Both the position numbers and the translations under genes were made by a program. Positions 37,034 through 51,687 of a stretch of DNA of 64,000 bases are shown here, one piece after another; within the stretch, counting starts at the first letter, position 1; each line of letters opens with the position of its first letter. The stretch is from Marsupella aquatica (lineage: Eukaryota; Plantae; Marchantiophyta). Under the pieces are notes generated by a model. That model saw nothing but the letters and a program-made list of their open reading frames with translations, searched no databases and was not told the origin of the DNA. The stretch covers positions 12,256,549 through 12,320,548 of the forward strand of contig OZ316896.1 of NCBI GenBank assembly GCA_973895155.1, read 5' to 3'.

Positions 37034-40000
37034 CATTTACAGTTTACACTACAGTCATTCCTCCCTAAGTGCAATCCCACTGGAGTATTTTCACAACTTT
37101 CACAATTGCACTTATAGAGTTGTCCTCCTCCTCCATAAGTGCATCATGTAGAGTAATGTTTAGAGGGTATTCTGGGCTGTAATGCCCCAAAAAAGAGTTT
37201 GAGTTCAAGTTCTGAGGGGGTATTATTGCCCCATGATGTTGTGGTAACAGACCTTAATACACTTAAATGCCCAAGAGATTTTATTTTTACTAAGTTTAGT
37301 GAAAGTAGAGGAGAACTTTTATAATAACTAAGGTGATCCAAATCTGGACCGTGCATTCTTCTCCAATAACACCCTGAAAATTACAAAGAGAAAAATCATA
37401 AGGACATTAAGTATAAAGTAAGGCGCTGTTTACAAGGCATTGTGTGTCATTCTTCCCCCAATAAAGAAGGCTTTAGCTTGAGTTTTGAGGATTACTGTTG
37501 CCCACACTGTCTAGGAGGTTTTTTATTGTTACTATGTTTTATTAGTAAAAGTATGGGAGAAGTTCAATAATGCCCCTATCCAAATTTTTGCTGTGGATTC
37601 TTTCCTATGAAAGACCAGAAATTACAAAGAGAAAAACCATGAAATGCATTAAGACTCAAAATTGCACTTGGGCCAATCATTTTCAATAAATAGATTCAAG
37701 GCACTAATTGTAATTACAGGGTCCTTATTGAGATCAACTTATTTGTAGCACCTCATGCAAGCTAGCTATCCACTTGCATTTTAGGCATTAAACCAATTCC
37801 AAGTGACTTAAATAAACATAAACAGGTGTATCCTGTTTGCACCAGAATGACACTAAATAGGACACTAAATACACCTTTAATTTGGAGAGCAAAAAACTCT
37901 TCTTAATTGTGATTCTAATCAAAAGATTATTTTCCTACCATAACACACTCCCATAATGCCTATGCATTGCACAATGTTGTAGAGCAGAAGTGAGATGTTC
38001 ATGCATTTGGATGCTACAGTGACTTGGCAAGTGGATTTCAAGCAATGTGCAAGATTGATTATGGAAACACAATCAAATGGTCAAGGGATGCTTCCTTGCT
38101 AGGCAGTACTCTTGGGTCTAGAATTACTCAATAACCATAGTTAATCTGTTCCCCGATCTGTTCATAGTCAATCTAACCACAACTGAACCAGAATCAAGTA
38201 CTTGCATATTAAGGTTGGCTTGAGTGGAATTTACTTAGGCTCATTGTTACTGAGGCATCTAAGAGATAGAGGGAGTTTAGCCAATGGAGACCCTATACGG
38301 TCGACAAACCTAGAGTTCAGTAAAACTCTCTTATGTGTTCAAGTGGATGTAACCTCCAATGAGATGACCCACATATCTCTTGAATGTGTCAACTACTTGT
38401 GTTTTGTTGGATGTTGCCCATTTGCATGTTGTCTGTGAGGAGTGGTCGTTTACTCAACAATCCCGTCATAATGACATTTCATGAAACAGACCATGAGGGA
38501 AAAAAAGAGTGAGATTGCATAATACAGTGTTTGGATTATATAAATGACAATAAAACAAAGTTACATAATCTTCTTATAAAAAGTATATGAGAGAATGGAG
38601 AAGCAAGGACAGAGAGATCAAGGACACAATGAAGGTCCCACGCGTTATCGCATTAAACTGGGCTTCTATAAGAGCCATCTGCTCGTGTTCTGGTGGCCCC
38701 ATCGTTTTCTGGTTACCACGTGCATCATACATTGGTGCTACTTAGGTGATTGCAAGCGTGATTGTTGGATTAGTATGCATGGTAGACAATCCCTAACACT
38801 AAGTTTTACTAAGACATCTGGATAGTTTTTGAGGGGTACACGGGATTGACAGTCATTAATAGTTATAGAAGTCTACAATTCAAGAAATTTTGTTGTGTAA
38901 CGATTGCAGACAATCATGCATATGTGTAATATTGCAAAAGTAAAGCTTGGATGAACCAAGGGGTTTGCTCTGAAGCCCCATGGATTTCCAAAGTTGGGAT
39001 GGACTGACTCAGATTATCAAAATTTGCTCAGATAGCACTCTTTACAGTTTTTACTCACATGTAACGTCAGTTGACCTACACAAAAATGGGCAGGCGGGGC
39101 AACATCTAAGAGTGGAACCCAAGGGGTTGTAATCAAGGACTTTCCAAGCAAACTTCTACGTGGATCCAGGCAGTACCCCTCCCACTGTACAAAGGGTGCA
39201 CATCAACGCTTATTGGCTCTCAAGTGCATTAATGAATGCATTTTTGGTACACTCTATCTAATTTATCTAAACTTGATCTAAACACTAGAATATGCAATAT
39301 CATTCTTTCTATCTCGTGGTTTGTTTACCTAGTGTCATTCTGATGGGAAGCCTCCCTTCATAACCATGAGTTGGATCCAAGGTGCCACTGTGCACCTTTT
39401 CCACACCCACCTTGTCACTCTCCTTACAACTTGCACACTTCTTGAAATCCAGTTGCCAGACTGACTTGCCAACTCCCTACAACATCCTACGGCCTGACCA
39501 TCTCTCTTATGCTCGAGAACACTTCTGCTTGACATCAACTACTATTGACAATTCTATCCAACTCGTAGGCATTGGGCTGGTAGTGCAAATAATGAGCCTA
39601 TGTGAATACCAGGGGTTGGGAGGAGAGTGTACACACTCCTTGCCCCTGGTCCATAGAACCTAGCTCTGAGTGTACAGAGTTTTCAGTGGGAACCTGGATT
39701 CTAAGTTAGGGCAAACATACATCATCCAGCCAAAGAGCAAAAAATTCCTAACCGGGAGACACCATCCCAAATGCCAGAGATCCAATAGGGGGTCTCAACA
39801 TTGGTGATGGCAACTGTTTTGATGGCATACATGAATGTCCCTAAGACAGCTGACAGCACTAAATGACAGGCATAAATATTCTTTGGAGCATAATTTTGAG
39901 ACTATCCGTGAATGGTGGACCACGAAGGGATTCCTGCCCTCCACGGCAAGACCAAAAATCCAGCGGGCAGCTGGTGTGGACCACCCTTGTGGGTGCCCGT

Positions 40001-40525
40001 CCCCAGTTCGCCTACAGCCGTGGATGATGTGTCACGGGCGGCCAAAAACAGGCCCATCACGAATATTGAGGCCCCTTAATATAGAGGAGAAAACCCAAAT
40101 GCTGGAGACCCAATATGCCGGAGAAAACCATGGAAAAACCCAAGAAACCATAGAGCCAAATATCCATAATCCCAAATGGAAGAGAGCCAATAAAGAGAAG
40201 AAAGGAGGAGAAAAACCCATGAAACGAAGGAGCCAAAAACGAACATCACGAGAACAGAGCTAAAGCCCTAGTGAGCAACAACAAATTGAAACGCATCGTA
40301 AAGCTTGGGCGATTACACGGGAGAGACCATTAGGAAGAGAGATGAGAGCACGCGAAGAAGTGATCTTTTTCTCAAAATATTCTCTCAAATTTGTTCACAA
40401 GGGGGTATATATTGGCACTGCAGAATTGGACTACCGACAGTGCGGAGTTGAGTGCAAGCGATTGTGATCGATTAGGCGAGACTTCAATTCTGTGTCTAGA
40501 AGGAAGGAGGACGAATTGGCTGGCA

Positions 40526-41919
40526 ATGGCGACTGCAGCATCGAGAAGTAGGGCCCTTGCTCTGTACCGGAAGCTGTTGCGCTCCTCGCGCATGTGGCCC
40601 GGCCCTGCTTCCGAAAAGATGTACATTCTCGTGAGTCTCTACGAGTCTCGACTCCGTTCTGTTAATGGATCCTTAAATGATAGGGCACGCAGTACAGTCT
40701 TGTAAGTTTCAACGAGTCTCGACTCCGTTTTGCAGATTCTGGATCCCTAAGTGATAGATAGGGCATGCAGTGCTGGGAATGACAAAGTTGGCTCTGGCTG
40801 GTTGGGATGCGCTGCTGCTTCTTTACCGTGAATCACGTTTGCTTCCCTGTGGTGTCTGTACTACAGTGCACTGCAATTTACGGTTTACTGATACCAAGAT
40901 TGAACATACATGGTGGCAGTGTGTATGAAACCGTTGCCTAGTCTGGATTGGGTCAGCTCTTGAGCTCCGAGCTCCGATATGGCATGAAACCTCAATAAGG
41001 AATACCCCTAGATTACTGCAATCCATCTCATTTTAACTATGGATGGTACGATGATAGATCGCTAAGATATCAAGTTGCATACCTTTCGTCCAATGCTGAC
41101 GCATCTGAATTTGACGAATATCTTGTACGCCCGGTGTTTTGTACTGTGTTGTTTGGATCCTAGCATGCTCTCAATGTAGGGGTCAAGTTACTGACTGTCG
41201 AGCATATGCAACAGAAAGAAGGCCGATATCGCTACTTTCGGCTTGTTATAGTCGTAAATTGTCAGGGACATTCGTGCAAGGAATTTTTGGTCTGGAAACC
41301 AACTGTTGAGACAAACATCGCATCCCTATTAAATCCTGTGGGCACAGGGATATCTCTGTTTCTTTGGCAGTTGATATCTCTTTCTCTTTGCGAGTTAGCC
41401 TTCTAACTTCTTGTCCTCATCACTATCGTTTCGATTTTCATGATTTTGATCCGTCCAGGCAATAGAGACTTGACCTTGATATTTGCTGACCGCGTTTTGT
41501 GGTTGCAGGACGAAACGAATACCTTGTTTCGATTGAATCAACAACTCACAGATCCAGAAAAGATTAATGACAAAGTAAGTTCGATGTATATCCTGGTAAC
41601 CATGTAGCAATTGTGAACCTACAGATTGTGGAATTTGAAGGGCAATGTACTTGAAACTGAAAGAAAATTATTCTTCACTTGTTGCGTTATTCCAGATCAT
41701 TGAAGGCGAGTCTAGACTTGACATTGCATGGCACTACAAGATTCCATATCCAAGGCTCCATAACTTTGCAACAGGGACAGTGACTGAGAAACCTTCTCGA
41801 CCGGCAGGTCCGAGTTACAAGGTACGTTTCAGTTTGTTCCTGATCATCGGTGGTGACGCTATGTTTAGATGACATACCGATTATGTTCTATTTCTCAGAG
41901 AAACTCTTCTTTGCTCTGA
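40526..41919 (+). CDS. LYRM1: LYR-motif protein, LYRM1-like; exons 40526-40630, 41509-41574, 41696-41821, last exon uncertain
   Basis: ALALYRKLLR...W...EKMYIL / DETNTLFRLNQQLTDPEKINDK / IIEGESRLDIAWHYKIPYPR, joined by phase-0 GT-AG introns; HYKIPYPR is characteristic of LYRM1. The terminal exon could use the acceptor at ~41898 or ~42307. Confidence 0.82.
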
Positions 41920-43927
41920 AGATTTGTGGCCTCTGGTGTAATGTTCGCTGTTGCCTGTGATTTGTCGTGACAACATTCTTCCAGGACTCAGTTCGGAAAC
42001 AAAAGATACAGCGATCCATTTTCCGTTTCCATTTCTTTTGTGCTTCTCACACCTGTTCAATAAGTCGGAGTGAGGGTCAGGTGTTAACTGAAGTGCTGTG
42101 TGGATGACAGATCCCTTCAGATGAGATGGGTTCTTTCGATGATGAAAAGCCATCCGCAAACAGTGGAGGCTGGGCAAGTCTTTCATTGAGAACCTAAGCT
42201 GAGATAATTGTCTTTCTGGAGTTTGGTGATTCCACCTGGAGGTGATGACTGCGGCCACAGCATCTGCGGGCAGAACCATTTTGTTCTGTTTTTGGACCTT
42301 ACGCAGAAGTCTCCCTCCGTCAGCTGCCACTTTGCAACTTAGATGCAGCTCTGATCCCTCACAGAATGAGCAATGGTTTTCAAAAATCGAGGAGTATCCT
42401 GGTGAAGAAGACGCATGCAAAGGAGAACTTCCTGTTTATGAAAGTGTTGTCTGTCCTACTTGGGTTAAGTTCGTTCGAGTCGACAAATGTACAGAAGCAT
42501 ATAGCATAGTTCCTTTCAGATCTAGATGGGGAAGCATCAGAGAAACTAGCCCCATTCTAATAAATTCCTTTAAGATCTCTCTTTAAAAGTTACGATATCC
42601 CATCCTTCGTGTTGCGAGATATAGCCCAAATTGGTAAACAGTGCATCTATCAATATTCTATTTCTGAATTTCGTCCAGGAGATCTAATCTTCTGTCTAGG
42701 ATCTCCATGCCCTGCCTTGGATGCTGGGTTAGGCTATTCTTGTCCATCCTTCGTTCTTTGTGGAGTCCAAGGCAAGGCATGGAGATTCGAGAGAGAGGAG
42801 TAAGTCCTCTATGTGAAGTACAAGGACATGATATCTTGCCATGGAGATTCTAGATAGAGGATATGCCCGTGTGAAATACAGGACAAGGATATCTGGAAGA
42901 TGCTCTATTTACCAATTCGGGTTGTGTGCAACATGAAAAACATTTCTGATGAGGATGGCTATCAGTTGGATCTGATTTCTGAACCTTTGAGGCAAGACGA
43001 GGTGACCACAGAAGCTGCGTTGATCTAGAGGTTGGAAGAGGAAGAGGGGCACCTATTTCTGGACATGGCGATCCAGTCAACAACTAATCTTGCAGGCCTT
43101 GATTAAGAAGCTTTGAAGGAAATGTCCTTTACTACTGTTGTATATTATCGGAAGGGATGCACGGCTTATGGCTCCCAATCACAAGGAGATTAATTGGGCA
43201 TAAATTCAACAAGGAGCTTGATACACTGTAGCTCTTACTAACAAGCAGTTGAATTGGAGCTGGATACAATGGATTGTATATTCAAAAAGATGTCCCACAT
43301 GCAGCATTTCTGTTGCAATAATTGATCGGACTATGCCATAATTCTTTGCGATAAGATAGTATGCTTAATCTCCTCTTAGGATGGATATATGGGTTGGGAA
43401 TCAGTAAAGGGCCTGTTGTTTTGAGACTCTTCTAATAACGTAAAGTCCACCTCTGGGGCCCATCCTGCACTCCTCAGATTTGCCTGTTGTTGCCTTAAAA
43501 AGGTATAGCAAATGAGTCTTAGCTGTAAACCAAAATACCAAGAGTTAATTTTTCTTGGGCTTCATGCTCATTGAACCTGAGCGTCTTTACACAAGTAAGG
43601 AGAGGCAAAATCAATAAATAAGCACAGGTTAGTGGGGACTTTACATAAACCCAGACTGATGGAGTGAATTGATTTGGTAGACCACCTCTTGAGGTGGTGG
43701 TCTAAGAACTTTTCTTCTCACCCATGACGCATTAGCATTCACAACAAAAATTAACGGCCCCATCGAAAACCAACTAGGATTGGTAGTCTCCAAACCATAT
43801 TGTGCTGTCACTCTTATGTAGAGTCAATTACACACATGATAATGCAAAAGAGATTTACTGTGGTTTATGTAAAGTATCCATTGGGCAAAAGACTAGTCTC
43901 CAGTGCTATGGCCGGCTTTGGTGTTGG

Positions 43928-44212
43928 CGTCACTTGTTCGGCAGTTGATTTCAAGTCCTAATTACTTTCTGACACTGGGGTTTGATTCTACATTTCAAGG
44001 CTTTCTAGGTGTGGTGTCCAATGGTTTAAAATATTGCTCTCCTTGGATGGTTGCAACCCATATTACTCGCATCACTTGTTGGCAGTTGATTTCAAGTCCT
44101 AATTACTTTCTGACACTGGGGTTTGACTTCTACATTTCAAGTCTTTCTGGGTGTGGTGTCCAATGGTTTAAAATATTGCTCTCTCCTTGGATGGTTGCAA
44201 CCCATATTACTC
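43928..44212. repeat. ~141-bp tandem duplication
   Basis: GGCAGTTGATTTCAAGTCCTAATTACTTTCTGACACTGGGG...GGTTGCAACCCATATTACTC twice. Confidence 0.9.
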
Positions 44213-45799
44213 AATAATCTTCCTTGCTCTACTTTGGCAACTTTCAAGACGGCTGTGCTTCTTTGGCCTGGTTAAATTTATTTTTTTGACAGTTTTGATC
44301 AAACTGTCATGCCCAGATGGTTTGGGTCCTTTGGGAAATTAAGGTCGACAGTTTTTGGGAAACTCATTTATTTCCCCTTGGATCCTACTCTTAGATGCTG
44401 CCCGCCTGCCTGGTTCCATTTAGGTGATAAAGAGAGTGACTCCAAATTTTACTAGTTTTAAGTCTTTTGTGTGCAAAGGGCTTCAGTGAGGGCTTGTGAA
44501 AAAGTTGGTCAAGTGATGAAGCTTGAACTCCAAAACTTGAAAAACTTGGTCTGTAGTGATTAAAAGCAGCAAAGTTTCGAGTTCCTAGCTAAAGTTTTAT
44601 AGACAGAGTTTTTCAAATGACCTGATCAGTTATGGATGGCTGAAATTGCATTTAGTGGAAATATTTGGAGATGAGAATTGGGCAGAATTCCCAAGCTAGT
44701 CAGGGGTACGTCTACAGGAACAATAGTTCCTCCCTTCCGTCTGTCCACATGGACTCATACTGGGTGACCCAACAAAACAGAGTGTCTTATGCTAAGTGTT
44801 ACTATTCTTTGTTATTGTTGGGACTTATAAAGCACATGTGACAAGGCAGGATGTTTGGATGTGAGGTTCACAAGGGTCTACAAGCTTATGTCTGACTACA
44901 CATCACACCATAGTCATAATAAGGTTTTTGCAACAAATAAATAATTAAAGGAATTGGCGTCCAGCACAGTCAAATAAAGCTCCAATACTGGGTTTCAAAA
45001 TACGCCGGTAGTTTGGGGAAGCAGGGAGGAAATTACGCTCCATACACTAATGCCTGAAACTTTCTTAAAAGCCAAATGCCCTGGAAATGTGCTTTCTGTT
45101 TGGATTAGAATACAAACACATGTTTCAGCTAGGTGTCAGCAAAATACTGAAAAAGTACTTGAGTTCCAGAAAAATTCAGCCATCGGGTAGGGACAGCGTG
45201 GAAGCAAACTCAAATAAGAATTCACGATCTTTATGGTATTTGATAAGACAAAATGTTTGGATGTGAGGGTTTCTCCATAGTAAACATAAACATCTGAATT
45301 AACATACTTGGTTCACTATTATTTATTGTGACCAATAATTGGAGCAGGGCTTTTGTAAATAAGCCATTATTACTCCTGCCCCATCTCACATTCAAACTCT
45401 ACACTAAGTGCACCTGGTGAAGAATCTTTTCACAAAGATGATATGGACAACTACTGTACCTAGTTAAGAATTTTCTCACAAAAGATGTTGTGGACATGGC
45501 CATTGCTCTGCTGACTTCCATTTACTAACTTTGTAGTTTACAACTCGAGTTTATGGCTCAGGAAAAGGTATTGTATGATGCAAGCAACAGGAATTTTGAG
45601 AGTGAGGAGACTATTGTTAGTGAGACACTAGAAAATTTTAATTTCTTTTAATTTTTGCTGACTTCATATTTTTAGTGCATTTTAAGACCTCCAAATGACT
45701 AGCGAGTTCATTAGCCAAAAAAGGAGGAGTCCCACAATTGGATTTTACTAACCAGATTTTGGATAGCTATGAACTAACTTTGCTACGCTGTCCACGGTA

Positions 45800-47602
45800 A
45801 ATAGTGTGACACCAAATTTAGAGTGACTCACACTAATTTCTTTTAAAACATTTTTTAACACTAAATTAGTGTGAGTCACACTAATTTCCCACTTAAAATA
45901 GTGTTGCAATTAGTCTTAGTCACTCTAATTGTGTGTTAGTGACATAAATTTTAAAGGGCTATGCAATTAGAGTGACTAACACTAATTGCAAACACTATTT
46001 TAAGTGGGAAGTAAAATTTAGAGGGCTATGCAGTTAGAGTGACTAACACTAATTGCAACACTATTAATGTGATAAGTAAAATTTAAAGGGCTACTCAATT
46101 AGAGTGACTAACACTAATTGCAACTCTATTTATGGACCCCCATGAGAAGTCTCTTGCAAATTCTCTGCCACGAGGTTGCGCCACATCATCACAATCAGCC
46201 ACAAACAGGAATGATCATACTTTTAACAATGACAAACATGCACATTCCTGTTTGTGGCAAAAGTAATGTAAGTTTTGGGGCGCCATGCCGTAAATATTAA
46301 ATGTAAAAAAACCAAAATACAAAGGAAGAGATGTCATTTAGTAAAATAAAGTTACCATTATTATGTTTGTCAAAGATGTATAAATGTTGTATATCAAATG
46401 CTTGTATTTTTTAATTGTTTGCAAGTTTGAAAAAACCAATTGATAAAAATGTACATAGTTAAAACCCCTTTGGCTTCACATTGTAAAACTAAATAGTCAA
46501 TCTCCTTAGTGCTTGATAAAATCTGTCAATGTTTGATTCATTGGAAAACTCAACATCAAGATTTAGAAACATAGACCTCTCATTGGAAAGCTAGAGTAAA
46601 ATTAAAAACTCATCATCTCCTTAGTACTTGACAAAATCTATCAATGTTAGGTTCATTGGAAAACTAGAGAATTTCAGGTACTCATGATCTCTCTGATTCT
46701 TGACAAATAGTCTCAATGTCACACATTAGAAAGCTGAAGAGATTGAAAACCTCATGATCTCTCTAGTACCGTGACAAAATCTGACAATGTCGAACTCAAT
46801 GTTGGAAAGCGAAAACAATTCATGAACTCATGATCAAAATTTCTTATACTCACACTCATTGGAAAGGCAAAGAAATTCAAAAACTCATTTAGAACTTTAC
46901 AAAATTTGTCAATCTGAGGCTCATTGGAAACCCTTTCTTGATTAAGAGATATCACAATCTCATCATTGTCAAAAACTTAGCCGTTGCAAATTGATTTCTT
47001 TGATTACATCGTCATTGCTTGTCCACAATGCTTGCTTCCTGACTTGAATTGTTTGCATCCCTCTAGTCTTCAACTGAAGTTCACTGTGAAGAAAGGTTGA
47101 CGCCAAATGCAACCTCTATGTCAAAGAAACAATTGTTGGTCTCCCTCTCACACCATAGTTTTCTTAAATTAAAAAAATTACAAATCCTTCGTGTGAAGTG
47201 ATGGCTCGTTCATTTTATGTGTTCTTCCCACCGAATCAACAAGCGCTCTTTTGCCAACAACTGAGTGTTGTCTTCCAGTCTGTCTTGTGGCGGTAATGCT
47301 CAATGTAACTCACAAATTATCAAGAATGGTTAAAACACAATTTCTCCAGTAATGTGTAAGCAAAAACCGTCAAAAAACTCAATTCCTCCACATTCAACCT
47401 TTTGTTTGATAAATTTCCTCTATCTTTTGAGCGTTTTCTTTTATACAAGTATACACCAACACCATTGGGAGACTCAAAACCGTCACTGCCTTGCTGAAAA
47501 TTGATTTCAATTGATCATGCACACATTCCTTGGATGAACATGGGGTACACGGATTAATTTAAGTGAGAAGTAAAGTTTAAAGGGCTACACAATTAGAGTG
47601 AA
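45800..47602. repeat. Repeat-built, foldback/MITE-like non-coding element
   Basis: ATTAGAGTGACT(A/C)ACACTAATT units in both orientations at 45800-46125; a related unit at ~47560-47600; internal ~60-75-bp repeats (TGACAAAATCT..CAATGT..CATTGGAAA) at 46490-46930. Confidence 0.55.
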
Positions 47603-47839
47603 CACTGACTGAGGACACTGTAGTGTAATGTTTGTTTTTACTCATAAGAGTAGATTAGTTAGTATTTGCTAGCATGCTACAATTACCGGGTCAGAAATTT
47701 ATAGTCAGTCGTCAGAAAGAAAAAAACATTCAGAAACAATCGATCTGGCGATGATGAAGGAAGGCCGCAAAATTTCCGCAAATATGACTGAGTTTTCCAA
47801 GTTCTCAAGTTCTCAAGTCGACTGTGCTGCCTGCAGCAC

Positions 47840-47859
47840 GAGAGAGAGAGAGAGAGAAG

Positions 47860-47904
<45 letters not shown>
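47840..47904. repeat. (GA)n microsatellite, followed by a ~120-bp tandem duplication (47900-48140), upstream of the phosphatase gene
   Basis: Direct inspection. Confidence 0.95.
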
Positions 47905-47907
<3 letters not shown>

Positions 47908-48238
47908 GTGATCAGTGTGAGAGGATTTCGTATCAAAGTTGTCCTTGAGAGATTGGTGATAAGCGGGAGTCAGAGTGGGTGGTCGGTCGATTCATCAGCA
48001 AGCACGAGAACAGAGAGATAGGGAGCTGTGATCAGTGTGAGATTCTGAAGCTTACACGGAGAGGATTTCATATCAAAGTCCTGTGAGAGATTGGTGAGAA
48101 GTGGGAGTCAGAGTGGGTGATCGGTCGATTCATCAGCAAGCTTGCAAGCGACCTTGCAATCACTCATTTCTTACCAATCAAGCGACTCTACAGAATTTCC
48201 TGAGGCGCAGCAGCAGCTGACGAAGGGAGAAGGGAGCG

Positions 48239-50768
48239 ATGGTGGGATTGCCAGGGCAGTCGCTTCTAAACAACCAGTACTGGTTCCTGCGGCACGGGCG
48301 CAGCATTCCCAACGAATCCGGACTCATCGTGTCCTTGCTGGTCTGTCTGACTGTCTGTCTGTCTGTCTGTTTGCTTTTTTGCTGGCATTCATTCCCTCGC
48401 TTTCTCCTTCTGTATTTTGCACGTGCTCACTTCTCAAATGACATTCATGGAGATTCACAAACTTCCACGAATCTACTTTTAATGGGATTCATTTCCAAGT
48501 TGGCCGAGCCGAAGATGATGTTCAATTCTCTTTTTTGTTTCTATCCTGGTCTGAATCCGGCTTCTTGCTTGATCCGCCCCGCCTGACTGAATATTGTTAG
48601 CAATTCCGCGTCGACGCGGCTCTTAATGAATTTATGTGTAGCGTCAAGGGCTTGGAATGTGCGACTGACTTTGAGGCAACTGTTACAAGTCCAGGGAAAT
48701 GAAATTGGTTTATAGCTGTCAAACAAGTTCAGTCGACCGAGGGGGAAACGAGCGGTGTAATTTTTATCTAGAAGCACAGGGAACCACTTAGCAATATACC
48801 CTGATTGGTTCCTTCCCTGCTCAGTCGTATCAATGTAGAAGTCTGATCAAGTCTCCCACACGGAGTTGGACCTGCCTTGTTAGCCACCGGTTCAATCAGC
48901 TGAATGAATAAAATGTGATGAGATTTTACAACTTGCACTGGAAGTATAAATTGTTTCTGGTGATCTTCTGGCCGTACTGCTTTGAAGTCAGTCATGTGTT
49001 GTCCTCCTCGTAGGAAGAATGTTTAATTATTCGAACCACACATTCAGATTATTTCGATGAGAACAGCAAAGAGATTTTTGTGGGGGTTCTTTCTTCATTT
49101 CTCGTTTTGGCAAAACAGAACGGTTATTTTAGTGGGTTTTTGGGATCTTTGTGACCGCGCAGAGCAATGGAGTGTTGCCACAATATGGCCTTGCTCCTAC
49201 AGGGTTTATACAGGCAAAACTGGCAGGGGAACTTCTTCTGAAGGTAACATTTCTTCTTGACACTTCATTCCAGTTGGCATGGAACCACAGTTATCTGAAA
49301 TGCATGTCAATAAAGGCCTACTGTAGGTGCTGTAGTTGGGTTTATGTCGTCGCATGGCGGTGATCCTGAATTGAGGGGTTTGGGTTTTTACGCTGGTAGG
49401 GTTTTGGCTTTAATCAGGTCGAAATGGGTATCGATACCACCGGGCATCCATTTGAATGGGATGCTTCATAAGGACCGGCCTGCCTCGCTCTGATTACAGT
49501 GCAGCACCTAGACATTTTTGCTGCAGATTCCTCGGTTATCTTCACTCAGGGACTCCTTCAGGATTCTCAGCTCTGTTACCACTCAAGAGCCTTTCAAGAA
49601 CCCCAAGTGCAAAGAATGCTTAAGAGTAACATCCACAACAACTAAATGAATGCAATGTTCCTTCCAGGATTTCCAAGGTACGGGCATCCCCGCTGATAAC
49701 TTGAGAATATATTCATCACCTTTCAGCAGAACGAGACAAACAGCAGAGGCAGTTATAGAAGTGCTGGAAGAGAAGGGTATACATCCGACTGTTAAGGTAT
49801 GTAGGTGATCTGAGCAGTCGATTGCTTGTCTGGTCATGCTGTAGAGTTTGCAATCTGTTCTGGTGCCCTCTGTGCCCTTATTTCTGCAACCCCCGGATTT
49901 CAGTTGCGATTGAAGAGGTGGTCACTTCCACATGAGTGGATTCATGAGCTTCGATGCCTCATTTTCTTGAGCTACTGAATGTAACAGTTTGTGGAAGACT
50001 TAAGGGAGCGATTCTTTGGGCCTGCATTGGAGCTTCAGTCCCATGAGCATGTAAGGTTTGCTGGTGTTCTTCAAAGGTGAATTCTGGCAGTTTCAAAAGG
50101 TTTATGTGGCTTAGCCTATATCTTGAAAAAGTCGGAGACAAAGTACGCCTTGTGCGTCGCTCATGACAAGGCTCCTTAGCAGTGACGTTAAAGGGGTGTT
50201 GTTTTAACGTGGTTGTTTTGGTTTTGCAGTATACAGAAATCTGGGACATTGACGCTAAGGATCCAATGATTGGCCCTGAAGGTGGGGAAAGTGCTGCAGA
50301 CGTTGCTCGAAGAACAGCTGACGTTATAGCCGCTATTGACAAAGAAGTGCAGGGGTATATACCTCTTATGTGTGCACATTGCTGGTTTCTAGTTTCCATG
50401 TTCCATTCATCAGCTCCACAGGCCCTTTCTCCTCGATTCTCCAAGCCATTTGCATCACTTTCAATAGTCGTACGTGCTGATGATGACAACGGCAAATCTT
50501 CGATCACATTTGCCACTTAACGAGAGGAATTTGAGCTTGCCAGGAACTGACACAGCTTATTCTGCTTTTACGCAGTTGTGCTGTACTCGTCGTCAGCCAT
50601 GGGGACCCACTCCAGATTTTGCAAACCGTAATTGCCCAGGCATTGTGCAGAAAAGCGACAGAGGGTGACACATTGTCTGCCCGTTTACACGAGGCTGTTG
50701 ATCCTTTCATTTTGAAGCAGCACCGAAAATTTCCTATGAACACTGGTGAGTTGCGACGCCTGGCATGA
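48239..50768 (+). CDS. Histidine phosphatase / phosphoglycerate mutase-like protein; exons 48239-48340, 49163-49243, 49668-49796, 49988-50050, 50230-50354, 50576-50768 (230 aa)
   Basis: LRHGRS, YSSPFSRTRQTA, DLRERFFG, GGES, LVVSHGDPLQIL; six exons sum to 693 nt with GT-AG introns. Confidence 0.9.
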
Positions 50769-51687
50769 AAGGGTATTTTCATGGAAGCAAAGCACTTTTA
50801 CTGATGCGCCTTCTGCTCATAGGGCTCTCTTTTACGGCCAAACGTTACCGAAGGATCCATGCGCCCAAGAATCTCCATGCGTGAAAAGATTCTTCGTATC
50901 TAGAAAGTTAAGAAGCTAATCGAGAGCGTTTGGAGAACTTAACACTACCTGATGTTAGGGTTAGGAGCTGTACCAAACAAGTTACGAGTTCTGAAGTCAT
51001 GGAACTGTATTTGATTAAGCAAGTGATGAACTTCAACTTACAGGTTTTTCGAACATTGTTTATACCTGACTGCGAAATGGAATCCTGTCAAATCTGGAAA
51101 TAAACTCCTAGTCACAATGATGAACATTTATGTTACTACATCCTGTAAAGAGGAACTCCTTGAATCTTGTCTCAATCAATTGAAGGTGATGGTTTCCTAG
51201 GTTGGCGCTCATAATTTACCATATTCATTGAAGTAACATTAAATCCTCACAATAGTCTCATTTCATTCCATGTAACCTCAAATTTGCTTCTCGACTCGTC
51301 ACGCTTTGACCAGGTATTTCGCATGCCTGGGTTACCTTCCAATTGTGACACTCTCCCTCAAGCTCCACCTTTTGTACTTAAGTGTTATTGTGGGCGATCT
51401 CATTTCTTGAAAATTTCTCAGTGCACAGTGTAAAGTGAACATTTCAATACATTTATTACTCAGAATGCTTAACATACCATGAAGGCTGTGCAAATCATGA
51501 GACCAACCTTTGCCAGACTGCTAGACGAAGAGAATCGACGTCGTCAAAGACAACCTCGTTAATTTCGACTAGGGGGCTAGGCCCTCCTTCCCGTCTAATG
51601 TCTATCAAAGGTTGTCGTTGTTTCAATGATAACATGGTTCATCAAGAAACTCTATAAGGATTCTCTATTCTACCGCCATTCACAAAT

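Noticed and set aside
37100-40270. Possible decayed TE coding remnants
   Set aside because: Too degenerate to assign by eye
41881-42586. 179-aa (-) and 114-aa (+) ORFs after LYRM1
   Set aside because: No recognisable homology; likely intron/3' UTR of LYRM1
47751-48021. RE-repeat ORFs
   Set aside because: Translation of the (GA)n microsatellite
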